Below are positions 24,911 through 36,764 of a stretch of 64,000 nucleotides of DNA, one piece after another. The notes under the pieces were generated by a model. It saw nothing but the letters and a program-made list of their open reading frames with translations, searched no databases and had not been told where the DNA came from. The stretch covers positions 104,941,904-105,005,903 of the forward strand of contig NC_057717.1 in the NCBI RefSeq assembly GCF_004010195.1, given 5' to 3'. Position 1 is the stretch's first letter, and every line of letters starts with the position of its first letter. This stretch comes from Chiloscyllium plagiosum (Eukaryota). The position numbers were made by a program, and so were the translations under genes.

Positions 24911-25100
24911 CTGGGGTTGGTTAGCTCAGTTGGCTTATTTACATCGCAGAGTGATGCTAATAGCTTGGGTTCAATTCCCACACTCTCCTTCTCAATGTCT
25001 CATCTTGCCTGAGGTGTGGTGACCATCAGGTTAAAACCAACACCAGTTGTTGCTCTCTATTCACAGTCCTCTGAGACTGTGGCAACTTTTCCTTACTTTA
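24911..25100 (+). mobile_element. tRNA-derived SINE, third family
   Basis: ggttagctcagttgg A box and gggttcaattcc B box, followed by a non-tRNA body. Confidence 0.65.
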
Positions 25101-25669
25101 CCATTTATTTATTGACCCCTTTTTCTTTGCATAATACTAAATATAAAATAGCCTACTCCCTAGATACTTCCTTAACGCACTGCTCTGGAAACCATCTTGT
25201 GCACATTCTAGAAATTCATTCTTCACAGCACTGATGCATGTTAGATTAACTTGATGTATATTGAAGCACTCGGGATTACTGTATTAACCTTTTATATGCA
25301 CTTCTAATTTCCTGACTTATATTGTGCCCTACATCATTAGTATTCTGTGGTGGCCTGTAAATAATGCTTAATACAACATGATTTTGTGAAAAGTAAATCA
25401 CATTTGACAAACTTACAAAGTTCTTTTGAGGATATAACAGGCAGAGTTGATAAAGGGAAATAGGTAGTGTATTTGGATTTTCAGAAGGCATATGATAAAT
25501 GTCAAAGGTTTTTGCACAAGATTGGAGCGAATGGGGGCATTGGGGATAATGTATTAGCATGTATGGGGACTGGTTAACACACAGTTGAAATAGATTGTTC
25601 TTTTTCATGTTGAAAATACATAGCTAGTGGAATGTCACAAAAATCAGTCCAGACCCTCAATTATTTACT

Positions 25670-25846
25670 GTGCATGGGTATGTTCACCGAGGTGTGAATT
25701 TGATTTGCAGATGTTTCATCCCTTTTCTAGGTGACATCCTCAGTGCTGTTGAGCCTCCTGTGAAGCGCTGCTGTACAGTTTCAGTTGAAACATACCCACA
25801 ACAACTGCAATCGGCACCCAAACTACAAATCTTTACACAAACCTTG
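25670..25846. mobile_element. PLE (Poseidon-type) pseudo-LTR fragment with partial inversion, inside the CR1
   Basis: Foreign block in the CR1 RT region. gggtatgttc and aacataccc occur in opposite orientations; contains a hammerhead-like core. Confidence 0.65.
25707..25746 (-). ncRNA. Degenerate minimal hammerhead ribozyme motif, family C
   Basis: Minus strand gca-CTGAGGA-tgtcacctagaaaagggat-GAAAC-ATC-tgc, with stem I gca/tgc. Confidence 0.6.
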
Positions 25847-26779
25847 ATATACTATGTATATTAGTGACCTGAAGGAGGGCGCAGAGTGTAATGTATCCAA
25901 TTTTACTGATGACACAAAGATAAATGAGAGACCATGTTGCAATGAAGACAGAGGAATCTGCAAGAGGAGATAGCTAGGTTGACTGAGTCGGCAAAAACTT
26001 GGCAAAAGGAGTTTAGTGTAAGAAAAGTAGGGCAGAATCAAAACGCAGAGAATTTTTTTAAATTAAAAAAGACTCCACAACAGAATAGCAAAGAGAGATG
26101 CTGGTGTGTTTATGCATTAATCACAAAACGTTAGCGTACAGGTGCAGCAAGTAATCAAAAGACAAATGGAATTTTTCAAAGAGATTGGAATTTAAAATAG
26201 GGAAGTCTTGTTAGAACTGTACATGGTGTTGGTGAGGCTGCACTTTGAGTGCTCTGTACAGTTTGCAGCCCCATATATAAGAGGATGTACGAGCATGGAA
26301 GCAGCCCAAAAGAGAATCATTAGACTGATTAGTGGGATGAAGACCGTTGACTCATCAAAAATGCTTAAACAGGTTAGGTTTTTATCAACTAGAGTTTAGT
26401 AGAATGAGGGGTGATCCTATGGAAACATGCAAGGTTTTGAGGGTAGCTTGACAGAATAAAAATTAACCTGTTTCCACTATTGAAATCTTGAACTAGGGGA
26501 CATTATTACACAATAATCGGGCACTCTGAGATGCAAAGTAATTTCACCTTTAAGTGTACAGTCTGAAATTCTTTACCCCAGAGAGTTGTGGAGGCAAGAT
26601 CATTTTTTTAAAACTGCACATACATAGATTTTTGAAATATCAAAGAATTGAGGGCTATGATGAACTGGCATGTAAGAGTTGTTGAGACCTGAGGCAGATC
26701 AGCCACGATCATGTTGAATGTCAGCATAAGCTTGAGGGACCGAATAGCCTACTCCAGCTCCTTTTTCTTATTTCCTCCT

Positions 26780-27880
26780 TTACAGGTCCTTCTTTATAGA
26801 TCCTACGGTCCAGATCCAATGCCCCATGAATCGAAACTCCTTTCACCGATGCAATTTCTCCAGCCTTGTGTTCATTCATACATGTTATTTCTATACTCAC
26901 CAGCATATGATACTAGGAATAATTCGGAAATTACTGCCCTAGCGATCTTGCATTCAATCTCTTTTCCTGATTTCTGAACTTTGCTTCCAGGGCTTCATTC
27001 TGCATTCTACCATACCGTCATTTGCACCAATGTAGACTATAACCTCTGGCTCTTCACTTTTACTTGGAACAGTAACTTCCAGGGGTGGGGGAATCGAGAA
27101 CTAGAGGGCATAGGTTTAGGATGAGAGGGGAAAGATATAAAAGAGACCTAAGTGACAACTTTTTCACGCAGAGGGTGGTGCGTGTGTGGAATGGGCTGCC
27201 AGAGGAAGTGGTGGAGGCTGGTACAATTGCAACATTTAAAAGGCACCTGGATGGGTATATGAATAGCAAGGGTTTGGAGGGATTTGGGCCAGGTGCTGGC
27301 AGGTGGGACTAGTTTGGGTTGGGATATCTTGTCGGTATGGATGAGTGGACCGAAGGGTATGTTTCCATGCTGTACATCTCTATGACATCCTTGACCCTGG
27401 AACCAGGGAGGCAACATTCCATCCTGGAGTCACCTGCAGAAATACCTGTGTGCTCCTATAGATGTTGAATGCCCCACCTTTGCCTCGCCACTGGTCTATA
27501 AAATTGGCTCTTGCTACATTCCTCTGTGGAACTATCATTTGCATCAATATCCAAAATGGAAAATCAGTTAATGAGCAGGTGTTTAGTGAGGTATCTTCCT
27601 AAAAGTCCTCGTTTGTCTCACAGTCACCAATTCCCTTTTTGCCTGCATGCTCCTAACCTGTGATCTGACTCTGTCCTTAAATGAGCTATTCAAGTAGTTC
27701 TTACTTTCGCACGTCCATCACAGTGACTCCAGCCATCTCCTAGGTTCCTAAACCTGGATTTCAAGTTCTTGCAAATGTTACATTCCCTGCACTGCTCATC
27801 AAGGCCACAGGAAGCATCCAGAATTCTCCATGTCACAGAATGGGCATTCCACGTGGCTGAGCTTTCCTGCCAAGTCTAAA
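26780..27880 (-). mobile_element. CR1 ORF1 (SGNH esterase-like) relic, interrupted by a HER1 3' end
   Basis: Minus frames give DSRMECCLPGSRVKDV and EEPEVIVYIGAND. Confidence 0.7.
27081..27386 (+). mobile_element. HER1/CR1 LINE 3' end
   Basis: GESRTRGHRFRMRGERYKRDL...WNGLPEEVVEAG and a ctctatgac tail. Confidence 0.9.
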
Positions 27881-29636
27881 GCTTACTTTTGAACTATTCA
27901 TTATAAACTAAAGACTAGAAAGCAGAATTATTCACATTTATTAATTGGTTTGTTGTCCTGTGCTGATAAAGGTAGTTACTTCACAGAGTTACGTAAAGCT
28001 CTTACGTTATCAGTTTAAAGTGAAAATTACTTCTCTGTTTCAAGGCATTTGCCCATTAATTAATATTTGAATTTTATTGATTTTGTTTTATTTATTACAA
28101 ATTGAAGTCTTGTTCATTTTTTCTCTTGAATTGTTTGGGAATGACGTATTTATTTTTTAAGTTATTTGTTTTTGAAGTTTCTACAGTTAACCAGGTTGGC
28201 TTCTTTATTGATTGTTACAAGACAGAGGCATGAACACAGAAGTTTGGAAATGGATTTGGAGAAGGGACCAAAATCAGTGACTTCAGTTTTTCTAACACAT
28301 AATCAACATAATAGCATGCGCAACATTTTAGACTTTCACATAATGAAATCAGTTTAAAGAGAAAGCATTGAACATTTTTGTTGTTTGGAAAAAAGCTGCA
28401 TAGCAATTTAATCTCAATGTGTTAAAGGCCAAGCAACATTTGAATATATTTTAAAGTTGTGACAATGCTGTGGCTTTAAGAGGTTACAGAACATAGAACA
28501 TAACAGTGCAGTACAGGCCCTTCGGCCCTTGATGTTGCTCCAACTTGTGAAACCAATTTGAAGCTCATCTAACCTACACTATTCCATTTTCATCTATATG
28601 TCTATCCAAAGAACATTTAAATGCCCTTAAAGTTGGTGAGTCTCTACTGTTGCAGGCAGCAGTTTCCACACCCCTACTACTCTCTGAGTAAAGAAACTAA
28701 CTCTGACATCTGTCCTATATCTATCATCCCTTAATTTAAAGCTATATCCCCTCATGCAAGCCATCACCAACTGAGGAAAAAGGCTCTCACTGTCCACCCT
28801 ATCTAACCCTCTGATTATCTTTTATGTCTCAATTAAGTCACCTCTCAATCTTCTTCTCTCCAATGAAAACAGCCTCAAGTCTCTCAGCCTTTCCTCTAAA
28901 ACCTTCCCTCCATACCAGGCAACATCCTAGTAAATCTCCTCTAATTCCTTTCCAAAGCTTCCACATCCTTCCTATAATGCAGTGACCAGAACTGTACACA
29001 ATATTCTAAATGTGGCCGCACCAGAGTTTTGTACAGCTGCAGCTTGACGTCATGGTTCTGAAACTCAATCCCTTTACCAATAAAAGCTAACACACTGTAT
29101 GCCTTCTTAACAACCTTATCAACCTGGATGGCAAATTTCAAGGATCTATGTACCTGGACACTGAGATATCTCTGCTCATCTACACTACCAAGAATCTTAC
29201 CATTAGCCCAGTACTCTGCATTCCTGTTACTCCTTCCAAAGTAAATTACCTCACACTTTTCCACATTAAACTCCATTTGCGTCCTCTCAGCCCAGCTCTG
29301 CAGCTTATCTGTGTCTCTCTGTAACCTACAACATCCTTCATCACTATCCACAACGCTACCGACCTTAGTGTCATCCGCAAATTTACTAATCTATCCTTCT
29401 ATGCCCTCATCCAGGTAATTTATAAAGTTGACAAACAACAGTGGACCCAAAACAGATCCTTGCGGTACACCACTGGTAACTGTACTCCAGGATGAATATT
29501 TACCATCAACCACCACCCTCTGTCCTCTTTCAGCTAGCCAATTTCTGATCCAAGCCACTAAATCATGCTCAATCCCATGCCTCCATATTTTGCGCAATAG
29601 CCTACCATGGGGAACATTATCAAACACCTTACTGAA

Positions 29637-30760
29637 TTACCTCGACACGGTCCTGTCCCCATTAGTCCAAGAACTCCCCACCTACGTTCGTGACACCACC
29701 CACGCCCTCCACCTCCTCCAGGATTTCCGCTTCCCCGGTCCCCAACGCCTCATCTTCACCATGGACATCCAGTCCCTGTACACCTCCATCCCCCATCACA
29801 AAGGACTCAAAGCACTCCGCTTCTTCCTTTCCCGCCGTACCACCCAGTACCCTTCCACCGACACCCTCCTTCGACTGACCGAACTGGTCCTCACCCTGAA
29901 CAACTTTTCTTTCCAATCCTCCCACTTTCTCCAAACAAAAGGAGTAGCCATGGGCACCCGCATGGGCACCAGCTATGCCTGCCTCTTCGTAGGGTATGTG
30001 GAACAATCCATCTTCCGCAACTACACTGGCCCCACCCCCCATCGTTTCCTCCGCTACATTGATGACTGTATCGGCCCTACCTCGTGCTCCCACGAGGAGG
30101 TTGAACAGCTCATCCACTACACTAACACCTTCCACCCCGACCTCAAATCCACCTGGACAGTCTCGGACTCCTCCCTCCCCTTCCTAGACCTTTCCGTTTC
30201 TATCTCAGGCGACCGAATCAACACGGACATCTACTACAAACCTACCGACTCCCACAGCTACCTGGACTACACCTCCTCCCATCCTGCCCCCTGTAAAAAC
30301 GCCATCCCATTCTCCCAATTCCTCCGTCTCCGCCGCATCTGCTCCCAGGAGGACCAGTTCAAAATACGTACAACACAGATGGCCTCCTTCTTCAAGGACC
30401 GCAATTTCCCCCCCGACATGGTCGACGGTGCCCTCCACCGCATCTCCTCCACTTCCCGCTCCTCCGCCCTTGAGCCCCGCCCCTCCAACCGCCACCAGGA
30501 CAGAACCCCACTGGTCCTCACCTACCACCCCACCAATCTCCATGTACAGCGCATCATCCGCCGTCACTTCCGCCACCTCCAAACAGACCCCAGCACCAAG
30601 GATATATTTCCCTCCCCACCCCTACTCTCTGCTCATTCCTGAGGAAGGGCCTTGCCCGAAACGTCGAATCTCCTGTTCCCTGGATGCTGCCTGACCTGCT
30701 GTGCTGTTCCAGCAATAAAGTTTCAACTTTGATCTCCAGCATCTGCAGACCTCACTTTCT
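29637..30760 (+). mobile_element. Young Penelope-like element (Neptune-like): open RT/thumb ORF joined directly to the pseudo-LTR
   Basis: FTMDIQSLYTSIPH, GVAMGTRMGTSYACLF, FLRYIDDC and YYKPTDSHSYL with no stops. 10-bp TSD ccttactgaa at 29627-29636 and 30761-30770. Confidence 0.95.
30635..30669 (+). ncRNA. Minimal type I hammerhead ribozyme (PLE type, family A) with an intact core
   Basis: attc-CTGAGGA-a-GGGC-ctt-GCCC-GAAAC-GTC-gaat. Stem I attc/gaat, stem II GGGC/GCCC, palindromic ACGT in place of a looped stem III, GUC cleavage triplet. Confidence 0.8.
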
Positions 30761-31499
30761 CCTTACTGAAATCCACACACACCACATCAACCACTTTACC
30801 CTCAGCCACCTATTTGGTCACCTTTTCAAAGAACTCAATAAGGTTTGTGAGGCATGATCTACCCTTCACAAAACCATGTTGTCTATCCCTAATCAAATTA
30901 TTCCTCTCCAGATGATTTTAAATCCTATCTCTTATAGCCCTTTCCAACACTTTACCCACAACCAAAGTAACGCTCACTGGTCTATAATTTCCAGGGTTAT
31001 CTCTACTCGCCTTCTTGAAAAAGGGAACAACATTTGCTATCCTCCAGTCTTCTGGCACTATTTCTGCAGACAATGATGACATAAAGATCAAAGCCAAAGG
31101 CTGGGCAATCTAGCTTCCCAGAGAATCCTAGGATAAATCCCACCTGGCCCTGGGGACTTATCTATTTTTATACTTGCCAGAATTGCTAACACCTCCGCCT
31201 TGTGAACCTCAATCCCATCAGGTCTATTAGCCTGTATCTCAGTATTCTCCTAGACCACATTGTCTTTATCTAATGTGAATACGAATGAAAAGTATTCATT
31301 TAGCGCTTCCCCATCTCCTCTGCCTCCACACACAACTTCTCACTATGATCCTTGATTGACCCTAATCTTACTCTAGTCATTCTTTTATTCCTGATATACC
31401 TACAGAAAGCCTTAGGGTTTTCCTTGATCCTATCTGCCAATGACTTCTTATGTCAAATGGGCTTGTTTCCACACTGTAGGGATTCTCTTCTAAAAACGT

Positions 31500-31810
31500 C
31501 CTCAAGAACTATCAGTCTAAGGACACATTCTAAAGTCACAGTTGAGCAATATAAAGTAGGCCATTTAAGATTGAGATAAGGAGAGATTTCCTCAACCACA
31601 GAGTGATAAGCTTGTGGAATTCTCAGCAAGTGTTTCAGGTTTTTAACTGAATTCATTGAATATTTTCAAGAAGTAGTTATATTTCTTGGGGTTAAAGGGA
31701 TCAAACAGGGTACTGAATTGGATGTTCAGTCATTATGACATTGGCGAGCAGAGCAGCCTTGACGGGCCAAATAGTCTATTCCTGCCCCTATAGTTTATGT
31801 TTTTATGTCT
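31500..31810 (+). mobile_element. Old CR1 3' end
   Basis: Decayed TRGH...EIRRDF...LWNS coding end and 3' UTR. Confidence 0.65.
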
Positions 31811-32797
31811 GTACAGGACTGTAGAACTGTTCAAGTAGCAAGGAATCAGGCTGTGCTTTTATCTGCTCACAACATCACTATTCTTAAAGGCTCATGCCAA
31901 CCATCGCCAATTAATTGACATCAGCCTTTGGTAGACCATCATGTGTCACATATAGTAGTGTTTCTACTTGGTATAATTCTGGAAGCTTCATCATTGTTAG
32001 AGAAAAGATTAGGGTATCCATACAGATTGCCTATTTCAGCAATAAAGATATTTACTCCAACCAAGAATTTACTCCATCCTTAAACCAGCCAATGTCGTGG
32101 TTAGTGAACAGACTAGAGAAGACACCTTTAACCTCTTTTCAAAGCTATATGCTGATGAGTTTGAAAAGGCTCAGAGAAGGCAGTTTGTTTCTACTTTCAC
32201 CAATTACAACACAACTTTCAGAGTTGTGATGATAAAGATGATGATAAAATTGAGAATTGTGAGCTGGTGAGCCACAAGATTGTGACTAAAGGTCACCATC
32301 TAGCAAAGATTCATAACCATCAGATCCCAAACCATCACTGGGAGGACATCTTGGACTACCTGCAGTTGTCTTCAGAGGCAGATACCAGCCAACAGCTGTT
32401 TTGTCCATATGCCTCTCCCATAGTCCTTGTGAGAGAGAAAGATAGAAAACTAAGGATCTGTGTCAATAATCAGACACTCATGCAAAGATTTATAAGGATA
32501 CTTAATATCTTCCTAAGATTGAGGAAGCACTGCTAGTTCTCAAAGGTGCAAAATATTTCTGCAATCTCAGTTTGGTTCATAATTATAAGCACAATCCATC
32601 ACTAAACAAGGTATTGAATATATGATATTCTGAACAGGCACTGAAGGGCTTTACAAATACATAAGAACACCTTTGGGCTCTGGAGTGTCCCTGCTACCCT
32701 CATGCATGAGATGGCTAAAGCTTTTGGTGATTTAATTTCTAGTCCCTCCTTGAGTACCAGGATGACATACTCACTTTCAGCTTGACATTTGAGGAGA

Positions 32798-33292
32798 CCC
32801 CTGCAAGACCATCTTATCCTGTTTGGGCCTCCTCCACCGCCACTCCCTCACCACCCAACACTTGGAGGAAGAACACCTCATCTTCCACCTCGGAACACTT
32901 CGACCCCAGGGCATCAATGTGGACTTCACCAGTTTTCTCATTTCCTCTCACCCCACCTTACCCCAGTTCCAACCTTCCAGCTCAGCACCATCCTCATGAC
33001 CTGTCCTACCTCTCAATCTTCCTTCCCACTTATCCACTCCACCTCCTCTCTGACCTATCACCTTCATTCCCACCTCCATCCACCTATTGTCCTCTTGGCT
33101 ACCTTCTCCACAGCCCCACACCCCTCCCATTTATCTCTCCACCCTGGAGGCTCCGTCTTCATTCCTGATGAAGGGCTTTTTCCCGAAATGTCGATTTTCC
33201 TGCTCCTCAGATGCTGCCTGACCTGCTATGCTTTTCCAGCACTATTCTAATCTAGACTCTAATCTCCAGCATCTGCAGTCCTCACTTTTGCC
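32798..33292 (+). mobile_element. PLE 3' fragment (endonuclease C-terminus and pseudo-LTR, family A)
   Basis: LGLLHRHSLTT.HLEEEHLIFHLGTLRPQGINVDF, pyrimidine-rich UTR, hammerhead core and ctcacttttgcc end. Confidence 0.88.
33161..33196 (+). ncRNA. Near-intact minimal hammerhead motif, family A
   Basis: attc-CTGATGA-a-gggcttttt-ccc-GAAAT-GTC-gatt. One core C>T change and stem mismatches relative to the 30635 copy. Confidence 0.65.
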
Positions 33293-34879
33293 TTTTGCAG
33301 TTTAACTTATGTTTGACTTAAGAATCAAATCAGAGAAGTGCCAACTTTTCAAGATGATGAGAAAATCCCAGAGATAGATGACTGGCCCAACCGGAGATGG
33401 TTCCTTGGTCCAGTTGGTTGCTATAGGAGGTTTGTGCAAGGCTATGCACAGTTGGACACCATCTCACAATTTGCTATGCTTATCTCAGAATGTAGAAGGA
33501 ATGATTGGGAAAGGATTATGAGCGTGCTACGTGACTGAACATTATTGGGCACTGGATTATCCCTATGTGATGACACCTTTTGCACCTTCAAAAGCAGAAG
33601 CTTATCTCATCATTTGCCCTTGGCATCCAGATTTCCAACTCCTTTTCATATTGATGCTGTCAAAAGTTCAAGGGCAAAAAAAGAGCCGTTATCATTTATT
33701 CCAGTCGGAGTCTCAAGTTGAATGAGAGGAACAAGGAGAATGATCCCAGTATGAAACTCAAACTGTTAGCTTTGAGGTGGGCTGTTTCCTAGAACTTCAG
33801 AGACCTGACTAGTGCAAGCTTTGACATATTTAAAGTTAAATGTTCACCAATCTTGGTGTAAGAAAGGCTCAATGAACAGGCACAGTTTCAATTCTAAATC
33901 TGGTACAGGTCAAACAAAAGTAATGCAAATGCTGACACACTTTGCCACTTATTTCAAAAAAAGATATCAGGTAGTTTCAGCTTCAGCTGATTAATGTGGG
34001 CATCATTACTGGGTGGCTCAACATCCACCAACTCAGTGCTAGTGTTTCAATGGAATCTGAAGAATCATAGTCGAGTAGAGTCAGTTAGTAATACAGAATT
34101 CTGAATTTTCTGTCTGTTGTGATTCCACAGGGAGCATCTAGTGTGGGGACCACCCACCCTGAAAAATGGTGCAGTTGTCCTGCAAGAAAGCAGAAACAGA
34201 AGCAACAAGTGTCATTGATCAAACAACTTCTGGAGACCTGACAAATCTAAAGTTCAACATGCATGATCTGCCACAGAGACTGGATTCCTTGGAAGGTACC
34301 AGAACAGTGAAGCAGTTGAGAAGAAGGTCTTCTCCAGAAAATGCTGGATCCTACCACAACCCTTATTATTTGCCCATATCAGTGGTGCAGATAAGATTGC
34401 TATCACTAAAGTGGGCCACCAACATACCATTCTGGTATCACATATGCAACCTCAAATGTGTAAAACATGCATTTTGATAGAATCGACATTGACCATTGAT
34501 TTGAAATAGTTATTCTGTATCTTTCACAGAAGCTGCCTGACCAACTGTGTATTTCCGAATTTTTGTTCTTATTTCAAATGTCAGGATCCATCATGTTTTG
34601 CAAACTGTTTGTCAAGGAGAGCTCATTTCAGTGCATACGAATGACAGGATAGAAAATGTTAATAGTTTTAACAAACACAAAACATTTCCCCTTATGACAG
34701 AATCCCCTCCCACTACTGCTCTCAGTGTTTTTTATGATATCAGGCTATTGCTTGACTAGTCTGTGGAACAGCTTTCCCAGTTTTGACACAAGCCCCAAGA
34801 AGGTTGGTGATAACACGTCCCAGGGTCATCAGCGCTGTTATGATTGTTGTTTTGTAGACGTTTCATACAAATGAGTGAC

Positions 34880-35265
34880 TTTCTATATCATTCCAGAGGG
34901 TAGTTAAGAGTCAACCATTCTGCTGTGAATTAAAGTCACATGTAGGGCAGATTACTTAAAGATGGCAGATTTTCCTTCTCTCAAGGACAGTTGTGAACCA
35001 GTTGGGTTTTAACATCAATTGATAATGTGCTGTCAAAGTAGCACCCTCGGTCCTGGAGGAACGCTGTCTCATTTTTACTCTATCAGCTGTGTATGGTAGA
35101 AATGACAAATAAAAGCTACTCTACTCTAATGGTTTCATGGTTGCCATTCAACAACTTTTAATTCCTGATTTATCAACTGAACGTCATGATTCAAACCATG
35201 TCCCCAGAGTACTGACCTGTGTCTCTGGATTACTAGTCCAGTGATAATGCCACAATAACACTAAT
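34880..35265 (-). mobile_element. Second-family tRNA SINE, with a nested LINE 3'-tail fragment at about 35028-35128
   Basis: ggattactagtccagtgataatgccac head (reverse). The insert ends aaataaaagctactctactct. Confidence 0.65.
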
Positions 35266-35318
35266 TCCCTATGTTGGAGGGTTACAAAGGTGAAAGTAGG
35301 TAGTCCTAGCCATGGAGA

Positions 35319-35443
35319 AACTGAGGACTGCAGATGCTGGAGATCAGAGTCAAAAGTGTGGTGCTGGAAAAACACAACAGGTCAGGCAGCATCCGAGGAG
35401 CAGAAGAATTGATGTTTCAGGCATAAGCCCTTCATCAAGAATC
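35319..35443 (-). mobile_element. Short PLE pseudo-LTR insertion (family A, hammerhead-headed)
   Basis: Minus strand starts gattcTTGATGAagggcttatgcctGAAACATCaatt. TSD of about 17 bp: agtcctagccatggaga (35302-35318) and agtctcagccatggaga (35444-35460). Confidence 0.85.
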
Positions 35444-35589
35444 AGTCTCAGCCATGGAGAGGATATGTGGTTTGAAATTTAACTCAAGCTCAAATGGAAT
35501 GCCAAATAGTCAAGTATTCTGGTTCGGCATCAGAAATGGTTAACGTTTCTGTTCTGGTTGCACCAGCATCACAGATCAGCACCTGTACT

Positions 35590-35875
35590 CTACCAATATT
35601 TATGAATGAAGAAGCAATGTGATATGACCAGACAATCTGTTTTTTGTGATCATAATTAAAAGATAAGCATTGGCTCGGAAACAAGCGATAACTCTCCTGC
35701 TCTTCTTCAAAACAGTGCCAGATCTTTAAAATCTCTGAAAGACACTACCTCAAACCATCCAGTGCTCCCTCTGTAGTTGACTATAGTGTCAGCCTTGATT
35801 TCTGCATTCAAGTCCCGAAGTGGACTTGAACCCAAGATGAGTCAGAAGCGAATGTGCTACCATCTAAGCCACACA
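35590..35875 (-). mobile_element. Deu-domain SINE (SacSINE1/AmnSINE1-like)
   Basis: cctgctcttcttcaaaacagtgcca...gtgtcagccttgatt...ggacttgaaccca...gtgctaccatctaagccac matches the recalled Deu-domain and tRNA head in reverse. Confidence 0.7.
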
Positions 35876-36764
35876 GTGTCGCTAGGAAATAGATTTAAAG
35901 CACAGGCAAGCTCAGCCATTTGAATCAGATGCAATGGACATAATGATCTGCCATTGCATCATATGACTATACATAGCCAAGAGCCAGTTTGGCTCAGTGA
36001 ACAGACATAGATGGAAATATGAATGAAGCAAGAACAGAAGAACTCACATACTGAAGTAAAATGGTATTTTGCTGACAACACAGCTCAGTTACTGCATAAT
36101 GTTAATTTCATTAAGAGGCAATCACCATGGCAATTGTATTCCCTGCTGCATCATGTTAATTTTAATAAGAGCTCACATTCATTACGTCTCAGTTAAATAA
36201 AATACCCTATTCACTCAATCAATAAACAGTTCCCTCACCACAACAGAGACTGAAGCCAGACTGTATTGGTGCAGTAATAAGAACAAATAAAGTGGAAAAA
36301 TTCAGCAGATGTGAATTCAGCATCTGCGGAGAGAAACATAATCAATATTTAATTATGAAAGATCATTTGTTCTGTATCTCTTCACAGAAGCTGCCTGACC
36401 AGCTGAGTATTTCCATATTTTTTGTTATTATTTCAGATTTCCAGCATCCATAGTGTTTTGTGTATGGTGCAAACTTGTTACTGAGAAGGGTCCATCTCAA
36501 ACTGTGTATACCGACATGATAGAAAACTTTAATGGTTTTAGCAAACATGTGCAAAATAATGATATAGCATTGAAACAAGTTATGAACAGTTTTAACAGTA
36601 TTGTATTAATTTCATGTCTATCAAGGAAAGAAATATATGGTCATGTCAAATGCAATGCTTTTGATCATCAGGCATCAGCACTAAGCACCCCAGATGAAGT
36701 ACATTGTGGGTTAAATGCATGATATAGCATCTTTAATTGTGTCTCAACATATTCTTCCACTTCA

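Larger units (their letters stand above)
25370..26770 (+). mobile_element. Degenerate CR1 LINE (RT to 3' UTR)
   Basis: LDFQKAYDK, FTDDTK and LYMVLVRLHFECSVQF motifs plus a 3' UTR. Confidence 0.8.
28489..31450 (-). mobile_element. CR1 LINE (ORF2 RT to 3' end), split by a PLE insertion
   Basis: [21 protein letters not shown] and RPHLEYCVQFW motifs; the LINE resumes after the TSD at 30761. Confidence 0.92.
31820..33960 (+). mobile_element. Decayed Ty3/Gypsy pol (RT and RNase H), interrupted by a PLE
   Basis: YASPIVLVREKDRKLRICV, LEYQDDILTFSLTFEE (YxDD box), FLGPVGCYRRFVQGYA, PDFQLLFIL and KLLALRWAV. No LTRs recognised. Confidence 0.8.

Noticed and set aside
24911..24982. tRNA gene
   Set aside because: A and B boxes are present, but there is no full cloverleaf and the sequence continues into a SINE body. 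The same applies to the HE1 heads.
29428..30642. 404-aa ORF as a novel fusion gene
   Set aside because: The first 70 or so codons are the antisense strand of a CR1 that happens to be in frame with the inserted PLE RT; the TSD marks the junction.
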